This document shows, one piece after another, positions 11,248 through 23,077 of a stretch of 64,000 nt of DNA. The stretch's first letter is position 1, and each line of letters starts with the position of its first letter. This stretch comes from Carcharhinus amblyrhynchos. Lineage: Eukaryota. The stretch spans positions 35,774,001 to 35,838,000 of the forward strand of contig OZ336879.1 in the NCBI GenBank assembly GCA_965287045.1. The letters run 5' to 3'. The notes beneath the pieces were generated by a model that worked only from the letters and a program-made list of their open reading frames with translations, did not search any database and was not told where the DNA came from. The position numbers and the translations under genes were made by a program.

Positions 11248-12590
11248 TAAGAACTTAGAAAATAGGTACAGGAGTAGATCATTCGATAAAAGTCTGTTCT
11301 GACATTCAATATGATCATGCTTGATCTTCTATCTCAACTCCAGTTTCCTGCCCTACCTCCACATCCCTTGATTCTGTGAAATGTCAAAAATCGAACAATC
11401 TCAACCGTGAATGTATTCAATGATGGAACATCCACAACTCATTGGAGTTGAAAATTCCAAAGATTCACCACCCTCTGAGTAAAGAAATTTCTTATCTAGC
11501 TCCCAGATGATTGAATCCTTTTCCTGAGACCATGTCTGTGTTCTAAATTCTCCAGTAAGAAGTCTCACAACACCAGGTTAAAGTCCAACAGGTTTAATTG
11601 GTAGTAATCACCACTACCAAATAAACCTGTTGGGCTTTAACCTGGTGTTGTGATTCTACTTACTGTGTTTACCCCAGTCCAACGCCAGCATCTCCACATT
11701 CTAAATTCCCCAGCCAGGGGAAATCACCTGTGTCGATACTTTCAAACCTCTTCAGAATGCTTCATTGAGATCACTTTTTGTTCTTGTAAATTAAAGAGAA
11801 TAGCCCTCAATTTACTCAGCATTTTATCATAGAATAATTCTCCATCCCAGGAACTAACATAATTAATCTTCACTCTACCACCTCCATGTGTGCGTATTCT
11901 TTATTAGATATGGAGATCAAAACTGCACACAATCCTCTGGAGGTGGTATCACAAAAATGCTAAATAATTGTGGCAAGGTTTCCTTATTCTTGTACTTCAA
12001 TCACCTTGGAATAACAGACAACATATCATTTGTCTTCCAAATTTCTGCTTAGACCTGTTTGCTAACTTCCTATGTTCCTTGAATGAGTACACCCAAACAT
12101 CTATGAGTATTTGCAGTTGCATATTTGAAGTGTTTTAAAAATTCTGCTTTATTTACTGCCAAAATGAATAACCTCATTCTTTTTTACATTATACTCCATC
12201 TGCCAACTTGTTTTCCACTCACTAATCCTTTCTATATTTCTTTGCAGCCTTTGTGTCCTCCTCACAGCTTACATTCCACCCAGCTTGATAGCATCAGAAA
12301 CCTCAGATGCAAAAATCTCTGAATCTCCATCTGTCATTAATATTAAGTGTAAGTAGCTAAGGCCACAGTTCTGTTCTTTGTTGCACTCCTGATAGTTATA
12401 GCCCTCCAACTTGAAAAATTTTCATTTATCCCTATACCTCGCTTCTTGTCTGTTCACTAATCCTCCAACTTTGCTACTATGTTATCCCAAAACCCATAAG
12501 CCCTTATCGTACATATTAAATGTTTATGTGGCATTTTATCAAGTGCCTTTTGGAATTCCAAATCTACGGGTTTCCATTTATCTACTTTAC
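11248..12590 (-). mobile_element. CR1 LINE 3' portion interrupted by a Penelope-like insertion
   Basis: Tail TAAGAACTTAGAAAATAGG..AGGAGTAG at 11248; RT remnant FGIPKGT*.KCH (FQKAFDKVPH-like) near 12530-12560. Confidence 0.8.
11556..11698 (+). mobile_element. Penelope-like fold-back insertion (family A)
   Basis: Inverted arms CACAACACCAGGTTAAAGTCCAACAGGTTT / AAACCTGTTGGGCTTTAACCTGGTGTTGTG. TSD TTCTAAATTC(T/C)CCAG at 11541-11555 and 11699-11713. Confidence 0.85.
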
Positions 12591-12609
12591 TAGCTTTCTC
12601 CTCTCGCTT

Positions 12610-12870
12610 CAGGTACTATGCCCTAACAGGTTGTTGACGACCACGGACTTCAATGTGTTGGTGCATGATGATGCTTGGCAAAGCACTGCAGTAGTTTGCC
12701 ATTGCCTTCTGCGGGTTCAGGCTGACCAGGAAATTCCCAATGTTTCTGCCTGCCACAGGCAGTGGAAGGATCTTCAGGTTGATAATCAACCTAGTTATTG
12801 GACTAGTAATTGACACATCTTCTGTTGCCATCAAATTCCCAAGTGAGACTTGAACATTCTACTCGCTACA
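12610..12870 (-). mobile_element. Old SINE, same family as 2380-2597
   Basis: GCAGTAGTTTGCCATTGCCTTCTGC..GGCTGACCAGGA..GCCATCAAATTCCCAAGTGAGACTTGAA. Confidence 0.4.
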
Positions 12871-13224
12871 TCCTCACAAATCTCAAATTGTGGAACACTC
12901 CACAAGTCACATACCTCCAGACAGAAGGTACAAGTGAAGGACATGTTCAGTGAGGCCCTGCATAAACAAAAATTTTTTTTAACCCTCCTTTTCCGGATTA
13001 ATGTTCTTCTTCAGAACAGCACATGCTGGGAAATCATGAGAAATTTGGGTGTGCCTGCAGCAATTTTTATCCATTTGACTTAATTGGAAAACTAGGAGAA
13101 ATACTCACAATTATTTCTCTTTTCATGGAAATGGAACAGTGTCAGGAAGAATTAAAGAATTTGCTCTGCTGACTCTCATGCTGGGAAATGTTCTAATTAT
13201 TAATTATCTTCCCAGCTCAGCTTT

Positions 13225-13435
13225 TCAATCTTTTAAGCCCCAAACACTGGAATTCCTTTGATAAATGTTTCTGCCGTTGTCCTCCTTTTGGATCCTCCTT
13301 AAGGTCCACCGCTTTGACCAAGTTCTTGGTCACCCCTTCCTTTCTTTGATTCAGTGTCCAATTTGTGTTACTGATCAAGTCTCTTTCAAGCATATTTTTT
13401 GATGTTAAAAGCATTATACAAATGCAACTTGTATT
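13225..13435 (+). mobile_element. L2-type LINE 3' end
   Basis: CTGGAATTCC..CTCCTTAAG..CTTTGACCAAG..GTTAAAAGCATTATACAAATGCAA; similar to 42960-43160 and 46090-46410. Confidence 0.65.
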
Positions 13436-13628
13436 CATGAGCCTTGACAGCAAGTATCAAGAGGCACTGAGTGAGGAGTGGGTGTTAGAGACAAGCCAAT
13501 CTCCTCCTCACCTGATTTGCAAGTACACTTTCGACACATTAGCAACCAGAAAGGGGAACTCTGGCTGAATTTTCCCTCTTTGACCCAAGGGCACTGAAAA
13601 CACAACTTCATAATTCAATCTCCTGCAT

Positions 13629-13634
13629 TTTATT
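13629..13634 (-). terminator. Candidate polyadenylation signal AATAAA (distal)
   Basis: TTTATT on plus, followed on the mRNA strand by GU-rich GTTGTGTTTT. Confidence 0.55.
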
Positions 13635-13746
13635 CGAAACGTAATGAGCCATTTTAAAAGACCTTTGTTTTTGCTAGATTTCAGGAAGTAGAAGGAAGGA
13701 AGAAAAAAATTGAACCCCAGGCAAATTTCCATAGGAAAAAAAGTCT

Positions 13747-13752
13747 TTTATT
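13747..13752 (-). terminator. Candidate polyadenylation signal AATAAA (proximal)
   Basis: TTTATT on plus, followed on the mRNA strand by U-rich sequence. Confidence 0.55.
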
Positions 13753-16658
13753 TAAAAACAATTTCAGTTTGTAACAGACTTATGGAATGTGATTTTAATT
13801 TTGTTCGCTTTTCCTTGGACTGCGGGGGAGTGAAGGTGAAAATTAAATCTGCTCCAAAAAAGAAAATGGTTGAAAAAGCAGACGGAAAAGGGAAAAGATG
13901 AGGAGAAAGCAACATTCAATATTTATAAAGCAAGCATAATACTGTGTGTACAAACTGGACAAAGAAACAATTAAATAAATATTCATGGCACAAATATGCA
14001 GCGGTCAATTTGGTAACCTTACCAATGTTCTTTTTTCTCCATTTTTAAACAGTGCAAAAGGGGAATGACACTGCCTTGGAAACAAGCTATAGCTAAAAAT
14101 ACATTGCAAAAAATTCAGATTTTATACAAAACATCCTCCTTAGAATTTGTTTAAAAAAAATCTTCTATTTACACAAACATTTTACTTTAAGGAAAATTAA
14201 GTCATGCTCTGCTGTGAACTTCTGTTGCTAAAAAGGTGAATAAGGCTATTTTAACTCTCCCCTCCCTCCCTGCCCAAATCGTTATACATTAAAATATTCC
14301 ACATATTTACAGCTTCACAACTAGCATCAGTTTACTGTGTGGTGCAAATTCTAAAACCAGGTGATAGGGATGAATGTGTCTGCAAGACAGTTACAGTGGC
14401 ATTCTCTTGGTGGGGAGGGGGCGAGTAAGACAAACTATATGGGGTCAGTGTAAAGTGCCCTACTCTACACTGGACACACAACCACTGCACCTTTCATAAA
14501 CCAGAAATCCCATCAATCTTTCACGTTGGACTTTTTTTTTGAAATTGGAAATTCACCTGCTGTTTTCAGAATCTGGTTTAAAATGAAAGAAAAAAAGGCC
14601 AGGCATAGAATACCCATAAAGTATTTCATAAAGAACAAACAAAATCTCCTATAACTGAGAAGTGTTTCTGCTAATATGTCTCTTGTCCCGAAGGCCTACA
14701 AAAAGCACACTTTACATGGAAATAGCGGAAAATCAGATGCACATATAATGTACTTCATTGCCGTGGCAACGATCTAAGTACATGCAAAGTGTTTCACTTT
14801 TGTCGCCAATGTAATTTTCAGGCTCAAGGATTAGGCTGGGCAACCATTCTGTGGGTTCCCTTTTGGGATGCCTGAGCCCAGTCTTTTCACACAGCACATC
14901 CTTTGAATTTTAAACTACATGATATCACAGTTTGGACAGGGCCACGCAGTAACTAATAACACAGCCTGCAAGTCACCACAGGAATGAAAAAGACATTCCC
15001 AGTGCCAGGCTACTACTGTTTAATATTAATTGAAGAAAAATATTTTCTAAAAATTAGGCCTGTGTGTTAACTGAATAGATCAAGGCTGAAAAGCCCTTCA
15101 GTTCTTGGAAATATAAAGCAGAAGAGATTTCTCAGCTTATGTTATTTTACAAGTCTTAAGAAGATTCTATTTTTATTTGTTATTTATAGAAACATGATTC
15201 CATTCCCAGAGGCAAGTGTCCAAACATTTTGTGGCAATGTTATGACCATCCAGATAGTCTAATATTCAAATGATCTTCATCTGCTGACTGTGCATTCTTA
15301 CTGAGCAGTTCTGACTACAAAAATTGGCCCGCATTATTCTGCTCTCCATGTCTGCTATCTGATCTTTCAGTTCCTTCTTCTTCTTTCCCTATTTTAGGTA
15401 GAGTATTTGATTTTTTTTGTCTCAAGAGTAATTCAAGGGTAAGGCCTTAAAGGTCATTGAAGTTGGCAGCAACAGTAAGAGAAGCTGTACCATGTAATAT
15501 GGAGACTGCTCCACAGTCTATTCATACAAAGCAAACTGTAAGGCAATTTATTTCCTCAGTCTGTCTGTACCACTGTTCTTGAAAAACATCATCCCTGGCC
15601 CACTAGTGTCTTTTCACTGATGTGCACCCTTCCCTTTAATATCTCAAAGCACCACGCAGATGGAGGCCTTTCATTTTTCTCTCTCTAGTTCAGTTTTGCT
15701 CATAATAATTATTTTAGCTCATTTAAAGTGCAGCCCTACAGCACTGTGCTTGTCACCATGTCTACCAGTCTACATAATGGAACTTTTAGTACCAAAATGC
15801 TCCCTAAATAATCTATATCTCTACACTTTCAGATTCAAAAAGGCAGCAGCATACAACTGCGAATGCAGTTAAATGTCACAGATGAACTCCTTTGTCTCCT
15901 GTTCATTACTAATGTGTGCTATGTATGACTGGAAGGATTTCTGCATGTACGTGGACAGGATTTATCATCTTTTGGATGACTGATTATATTTGGCTGCTTT
16001 TGCGAATACTACCACTGGTGACTAGGATGTTTGATTCAAGTTAATGTCGTGGTACGTTCGAGAAGTTTCCTGATGTTACAGTGATTGTGTTTGAAGGCAA
16101 AGTGGCCTTCAGGTTAACAAGTAATACTGGTAACAGGAAAACAATAAGAGGGAATAAAAATCAAAAGCACCGAACAAAGACAGAGGTGGATTTATGAAAT
16201 CCGGTTATTATAAAAGATAACAACAGTCCAGGGAAAGTGGAGACTGACTATTTTCTATTGCTGAATATCCAAAGCTTAAAATGTTACTAGTTATAAATAC
16301 AGTGATAGATAGTTCAAACATCCCTTTGCCTCTTGCTTCCTGGTATGTTTGGAGCATATGGTCCAGAAATTAATGGTCAGAGTAAAAGGTGGAACAGTTT
16401 GGTTGAGTCCCTGACTCAACTTTTCTCCAGCTTGCTGCTCCTGTTATTTTATTGTAAGCAGATTCCTACACAGACCATACATACTAACCAACTTTCTCTT
16501 CAGCTGAATTTCCTGCAAAGCTTTCATTTTCCCCTTTAATTCTCCTACATATTTAAAGTCAATCCTGGTGCAAAGTAAAGTCACCACTAATTTCAGCAGA
16601 AGACCCAGGTATGCAACAGGCCAAGAATTTTCTTCAGGATCCCTCAGTTTCTGACAGC

Positions 16659-17062
16659 TCAGACTTTGTAGTATATATTCGCTGGGCTCTGTGGCGGCAT
16701 CTCCTGAACTATATACACAGGATGTCCGTAGTCTCCACTGACTTTTTCATAGTGAGGACAGAAGGCGCTGTCTGCAGTCCTTAATGGAATGATAATGTCA
16801 CTGGGTTCAGAGCCATTGTTGTTGCCTCCCCGTTTGGGGGTGGCCAGTGTGCTAAGAGACAGAGTGGTGGTGTGCTGCGGGGAATGCTTTCTGTGCCGCC
16901 TCTTATACTTTAACAGCAGGACCACCAACATGATGATGATGATGATGAAGATTACACAGCCCGATCCAATGCCTGCAAATAAAGCCACGTCGTGGCTGAG
17001 GAATCTGCCCTGGTCCGGGTCCCTGGGTGCAGTTGAAGGTTTACTCAAAGAGTGCGTCCCAC
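16659..17062 (-). CDS. efnb2: Ephrin-B2 coding exon 5 (transmembrane helix, cytoplasmic tail, PDZ-binding YYKV, stop)
   Basis: [116 protein letters not shown] acceptor (AG 17063-17064), TGA at 16659-16661. Confidence 0.99.
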
Positions 17063-17347
17063 CTGAAAGCAAAGAAGAACTGTTTGAATAATTTGGCTCA
17101 CAACAAAAGTTTTTTTTTTAAATCATCTCTCAGAATTATAATTTCATTCCTAGGATTAAATGTTGTTAAATAAAACTTTGACTGTCGAAAAATAATCAAA
17201 GTTGCAGTCTCCGTGTTTCCAAATATTTCAGGGCATCCATTTTGTTATTATTTAAAGCAACAAACCAGCAATCTGTGTGATGAGGCAGGTTTGGTGATTC
17301 TGCTGTTAAACAAGTTGTTGAAGGAGGAAGAGCTTGCAAAGATCACT

Positions 17348-17512
17348 GGCAGGATTTGCTGACCATTGCTGTTGGTGGAATCCTCAGGTCTCGCTGATAG
17401 TGACCCCCCCTCCACCCCCCAACTTCCACCACTGCTGCAGGTTTCCTGGTGGCAGAAGGTGCGAACAATGGGAAATCCTGTTGACACCGGCGAGACAGGG
17501 AAATCCCATCCG
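17348..17512. mobile_element. Short MITE-like element
   Basis: Imperfect termini GGCAGGATTT...AAATCCCATCC; GC-rich island in an AT-rich intron. Confidence 0.5.
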
Positions 17513-18484
17513 ATATATAATCATTAAGTAACTGCTAAATTAATGCACAAAGTATTTCTTTTAACAATTGATTTAGCAGACCATCAAAACAAAGAGACTT
17601 TGGTCTTCAAAAACAATAGACTTAAGGAAATGAGCTTATCTATTGATTATCCAAATAGGACTAGTGGTCAGTAATGAATATTTAAAATAACATACGCCAT
17701 ATTATCCCTGGACCCTTTCTTTTATTAATAAATCTTCATCAGTCGGTAGCAAAAAAATGGAGCTGACAGCTTCACTTGAAACAGATGCAGGCTTGCCTGA
17801 GGCAGTATGGTAAGAGTAAGAAAATGTAAATCCTTAAGACAATTGTCCCTAGTCATACTGTCTGACTAGCTGCAGCCCCTTTGCTGCTGGTGCTGAACGT
17901 ATTAGTCATTCCACATGCTGATAAACAAGCCAGACTATTCATTCAGGAACAAGACTGTGTTTTCAAGCGTTTTTTTTTAAACTCAGAAGCCTTGCTGTAT
18001 TTATCTAGCTTGCAATTTCAAATCCGACTGACCATAAAATTAATTTACATGGCCATTTTTCCTTTGTGAATCAAAACTTTATAGCCAGTATTGAGGTTCG
18101 ATCTTTGTAAATCCACTTCTCTGGATTTCCTCTGTCAGGCTGGATCTGCTCCTTCTCTACTTCAGTGAGAATTTATTTACAATGAAATTTCTCCATCTGC
18201 CCTTCCTTTAAATGTCTTGGTGTCATCAAATGGGTTGCGCTGGTAACCAGACGACCTTCTTCCAGAAGCTTACATCTGTTGCACTTCACCATTGGCTTCA
18301 CTGAAATCAGGGAATGTTCTATTTTGGTGGGCTGCAAGTTCCACAGTTTCTGTTTACTGCAAAGACTAGATGAAGAGCCTAACTGAGAAGGACAAGAGAG
18401 AAAACAAAAGCAATCTTCTGGCTCTGAGAAGATTTTAAGACTAATGAAAGATTGATGAAGAATAGGAGTCCCACAGGAAATGGC

Positions 18485-18780
18485 TGTATTTTCTTGAATA
18501 TGGAAAACTGAGGAGTGATCTAACCAAGTTGTTTTAAATTATAAAAGGACTCGACAGGACTGATAAATGATAGAGGAGTCTGGAATAAGGGGGCATAGCC
18601 TTAAGGTTAGAGTTGGGCCATTCAGGAGTGAAATAAGGGAGCACAAAGCACAGTGGAAATCTGCAATTCTATTCGCCAAAAGACTGGCTGCTGGGTTAAT
18701 TGCAGCCTTCAGTTCTGTGAAGTACAGAACATTAATGACCTCTATAGTATTAGTCAAATAGACTTGGAGAGACAAAATGG
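18485..18780 (+). mobile_element. Decayed CR1 3' fragment
   Basis: KLRSDL..F..IKG.DR and ESGIRGHSLKVRVGPFRSEIR. Confidence 0.65.
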
Positions 18781-18837
18781 CAATATTTCAATTTGTAAAC
18801 AGACTACTAGATGTACTACCCAATGAACCTATTTGAA

Positions 18838-18975
18838 CCTTCTGATGAAAAGGTCTCCTGATGGAAAGATCATCGACCTTAATCATTAGTCTTAATTCTC
18901 TCTCCACAGATGTTGCCAGATCTGCTGAGTATTTCCAGCATTTTTTTTTGCTTTTATTTCAGGTTTCCAGTATTT
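18838..18975 (+). mobile_element. Penelope-like terminal repeat fragment (family B) with hammerhead-like CTGATGA core
   Basis: CTGATGAAAAGGTC..ATCGACCT..CTCTCTCCACAGATGTTGCCAGATCTGCTGAGTATTTCCAGCATTTT; close reverse complement of 48870-48990. Confidence 0.75.
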
Positions 18976-20334
18976 TATTTAAAAATAATATTCAATTAGA
19001 TTTATTGGTTAATAATTGGTGACTTGGTATCATGAGGCTTCTCACATGGGGGCAGCACGGTTAGCAAACGCTGCTACTAGTAGACAATCGCTTTGCTGGA
19101 ATGATGCAATTACCCCAGAAACTGAGCTAATTTTCTGAGCTACAGGGCAGAAGGGGACTTATGTTGCCAAGGTAGAGTTATAGTCTGAGACGCGTCCTCA
19201 AGTATTTGGCTACTTTCGATCTACAATAAAAATAAAACTCATACAGATACTAAATTCATCAATAATCTGCCTGGAGTCTGGTCATTCACAGAAACAGAGG
19301 GTACTACCTTATCTAAAAAGTTGATTGATTTACTGACACACTGAGGTAAAGCAAGCTCACAGGTCTGAAACATGGATTTAAATTCTTGAAATAATAAACA
19401 GATCCCTGTGGGGAGTCACAGCTTTGAGAAATTGTAATATACACCCATGGCCATGCCACCTTCTGCTGAAAAAACTGACAGCCAGAGACAGCAACATGAA
19501 CCCTTCTGAAAAAATTCTACTTAGCAGGTCTGTAACAGACTCCTGAAACTGAGGCAAAGCAAGGCATGCTAATAGAAATGATGGAATCAATCATGTTTAC
19601 ATTAAACTGATTCTTGTAAGCTGCAGCTGAGTGCTAGTCTGACACACGGAGGAAGAAGAACAGGAAGAAATTAAAGGTGTTCCTCTCTTGAAAGCACAGT
19701 ACATAGAATCTCTCAATCTGTCAAACATCTGGAATTATTCAACACCTAAACTCTCCAGGATGCAAATTAGGACATTACATTCTTTAATTTTAATGCAGCT
19801 ATATTGCAAACATGGTTGCTCGTTTTGCTGCAACACTGAAAGACAGAAAATCTAAAAGGATTAGGAGTAAAGGAGTTTGTCAAGAACAGGCAATCAGAAT
19901 GAAGTAACTGTAGCAGAGACAACTGACCCAAGTGCAAAAAATGGCACTAATTATGACAGAGTTCTGGGTGCTGTGAAAAGATCGGCCTACAATAGTTTAC
20001 AATACACTGCAGCTACCTTGTGAAAGGAGTGATGTGGTACACTCTTGTCACTTTTCATGGTCCTAGTTAATGATTGTTGAAGATACAATATTGAACAACA
20101 TTAAATTTACTGCTGTTTATACTGCTTATTGCACAATGGTACATTAATTTTATCCTTTAGAGCTGAATGTTTTGTACAGTGCTACCTCACTTGAGTGAAG
20201 TTGTGTGTTTGAAAAGCACCAGGTGATTTTTAGTAAGAAGCCTTTTGGATTGACCACAAACAGGCATTTAAAATAACTAAGTACCTGGGTCACTGTCCTA
20301 GGCAGTTGATTATGTAACACACTTCCACAGAAAC

Positions 20335-21470
20335 ACAGGTTAATAAATGACAACAAACACGGATTTGTTAAAGGCAAAGTCTGTCTGCCAGACTTGATTG
20401 GGTCTTTCAATGAAATAAAAAGAGGGTTGATGAAAACAGACACATGTATATACACTTTCAAAATTATTTGTTAAAGCGCTGCATAATAGGCTTGTTAGCA
20501 AAACTAAAACCCATGGATGCTGGTAGCATGGAAACAAAATTGGCTAAGTGACAGAAAGCAGAAAGCGATCATGAATGGTTGTTTTTCAAACTGGAGGGAA
20601 ATGAGTGTGGATCAATACATTCTTTTTGATATATAATAATGACTTAGACATTGGAGGTATATTTTCAAACGCTGTAGCTGACTGTGTAAAATTGTAGCCA
20701 ACTTCAGGTGAACATAGGCAGGCTGGTGAAATGAGTAGACACATGAAATTTAATGCAGAGAAGTGGGGACATTTTGCAAGAAAGAATGAGGAGAAGCAAT
20801 GTAAAATAGATGTTACGATTTTGGTGCAGTGCAGGAACAGAAAGAGATGGGTGTTCACATACACAAATTTTGGCAGGTGGGAGGACAGCTGAGAAATCTG
20901 TTAAGAAAACATGCTGACTTCTTGGCTTTATAAATAGCAGCATTGAGTGCAAAAGTAAGTTAGTTATGCTAAACCTTCATAAATCACCAGTTAAGCCTCA
21001 GCTGGAGTATTGCATCAAATTCTGGGTAGCACACTTTAAGAAGGAGGTTAAGACCTTGGAAAGGGTGGAGAGGAGATTTGCCCAAACGATAACTGAAATC
21101 CCTCATGCTATCTGGAGAGACTGGAGAAGCTGCCATTATTCTTCTTAAGAGCCCAGAAGGTTAAGGGGAAACTTATAAGGAATGCTCAAAATGATCAGGA
21201 AATTTGACACAACAGATAAGGAGAAGCTGTTTCCACTCATAGGAGGCTGGGTAACCCAGAGGACACAGATGTAAGATCTTCAGAATCAAGAGATGAATTT
21301 TTTTTCCACAGCAAACTCTGATCTGAAATGCACTCCCCGACAGAATGATGGAAGTAGATTGAATAGTAACTTTCAAAAGGAATGTTTATGTATACTTGAA
21401 ATAGAAACATTTGCAAGCCTATGGGGAAACAGCAGACAAGTGTGGCTGTAACTGACGATGGACTGATTAG
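20335..21470 (+). mobile_element. CR1 LINE ORF2 3' part
   Basis: QHGFVKGKVCLPDL; LNLHKSPVKPQLEYCIKFWVAHFKKEVKTLERVERRF. Confidence 0.85.
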
Positions 21471-21559
21471 CCTGAACCAGAGTGCAAATGTCCCATTTGA
21501 GCAGCACTTCACATGCATGCAAAATTGAGCCAAACTAAGTAGTGAACAGTTGTGGCTCG

Positions 21560-22045
21560 TAGGGTCCAGAAGAGGTTCACGAGAAGGATCCGAGGAATGA
21601 AAGGCTTGTCATATGAGAAGTGTTTGAGAACTCTAGGTCTGTACCCAATGGAGCTTAGAAGGCTGAGGGGTAGGGGGAATCTCATTGAAACCTACTGAAT
21701 ACTGAAAGGCCTGGATAGAGTGGACATGGAGACGATGTCTCCATTAGTAGGAGAGACTAGAATCCGAGGGCACAGCATCAGAGTAAAGGGACAACCCTTT
21801 AGAACTGAGAGGAGGAATTTCTTCAGTCAGAGGGTGATGATCTGTGGAATTCATTGCAACAGAAGGCTGAGGAGGCTGGTTCATTTAGAGTATTTAAGAC
21901 AGAGATAGGTTCTTGATTGGTAAGGGGGTCAAAGGTTATGGGGAAAAGGTGAGAGAATGGGGTTGAGAAACATATCAGCCATGATCGAATAGCGGAGTGT
22001 ACTCAATGGGCCAAATGGCCTAATTCTGCTCCTGTATCTTATGGT
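21560..22045 (+). mobile_element. CR1 LINE 3' end
   Basis: RVQKRFTR.I.GMKGLSYE; MSPLVGETRIRGHSIRVKGQPFRTE.RNFFSQRV; tail AATGGCCTAATTCTGCTCCTGTATCTTATGG. Confidence 0.9.
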
Positions 22046-22248
22046 ATAAAGATGCGCTTAAGTCTCAAACAGGAGTCATGCTCCTCATAATCGCCACAAA
22101 GGACTCCTGCCATTTGTTCACTTTTGCCAATGACCCTCATGTTTCACTTGTACATGACATGGGCTTTTCAGGCAGATGGAAGAAGTTCCACAACTCCAGC
22201 TCACAGGTGAGGTATCTTCCTTATAATCAGCTTCTACTAGATGGTTAC

Positions 22249-22347
22249 CTTCACTCTCGGTCTTTTGGGTGGGCTTGGTTGTGATGCCATCCCGTCCTTT
22301 TTCAGGAGCGCTGGTTGGTTTTTCGTTTCCTCCCACAGAATTTGCAT
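22249..22347 (-). CDS. efnb2: Ephrin-B2 coding exon 4 (juxtamembrane stalk)
   Basis: (D)ANSVGGNEKPTSAPEKGRDGITTKPTQKTESE(G). TTTTTAG acceptor (AG 22348-22349), G|GTAACC donor, 99 bp, phase 1-1. The DAxSxG..PT..PE..TTxP..K pattern resembles the tetrapod exon 4 stalk. Confidence 0.9.
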
Positions 22348-22878
22348 CTAAAAAGTTTTTAAAAAGGTTGTTTCAATTACAAACCGTAACGTTGAGATAC
22401 CTTCCTCAGTCAGACAAAGGGGAACATCCCTCAACACTGATGTTTTACTTCTCAAGCAACCCACATTAAGGTATTGCAGACTCCAGGTGCCATGATTGGA
22501 GGAAATCTGTTTGCTTTTAGCTTTACTGGCTTAAGACTATGGAAGTCACTTTGATGAACAGTAATATTCTTTTAAAAAACTTTATTTATAGCTTAGGACT
22601 TAATCAAATGAACCAGCAGAATTTCTAGTGATAACAAAATGTGAGTGCATTTTCTGTCCTGGCAAAATGAGGTGATAAGCAATTCATTGCAATGCACATG
22701 TATTTGACCTGATAACAAAGTGATTTAAAACTTTCACTTTTGTAGCAACACTGTTCTGCTTGGTTTATCTTTTTAAGATGCTCTTGTATACACAACCCCT
22801 GAGGGAGAAGCAATCATCACCGTTTAAATTGACCCTTTCTTAGGTCTAAACTAAGCCTGATGGCACTGCAAATACTAG

Positions 22879-23077
22879 AAAGAAGCCTCACAATGTCAGG
22901 TTAAAATCCAACAGGTTAATTTGGTAGCAAATGCCACTAGTTTTCAGAGTGTTGAAGGAGCAGTGGTCTGAAACCTAGTGGCGTTTGCTACCAAATAAAC
23001 CTATTGGAGTTTAACGTGGTGTTGTGAGACTTCTTACTGTGTTTACACCAGTCCAATGCCGGCATCTCCAGATCATG
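22879..23077 (+). mobile_element. Penelope-like fold-back insertion (family A)
   Basis: Inverted arms of ~75 nt. TSD ACTGCA(AA/GG)TACTAG at 22865-22878 and 23078-23091. Ends CCGGCATCTCCAGATCATG. Confidence 0.85.

Larger units (their letters stand above)
13610..16658 (-). other. efnb2: efnb2 3'UTR (~3 kb; 3' end approximate)
   Basis: AT-rich stretch with no recognisable repeat, directly after the stop and ending at AATAAA signals. Repeats resume below ~13440. Confidence 0.7.

Noticed and set aside
16789-17091. 100 aa plus-strand ORF with a poly-Met run
   Set aside because: Antisense shadow of efnb2 exon 5; the ATG run is the complement of the (ATC)n Ile codons.
18274-18378. Open phase 1-1 segment as the constitutive exon 4
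   Set aside because: 22249-22347 matches the ephrin-B2 stalk pattern much better. This segment is kept only as a candidate alternative exon.
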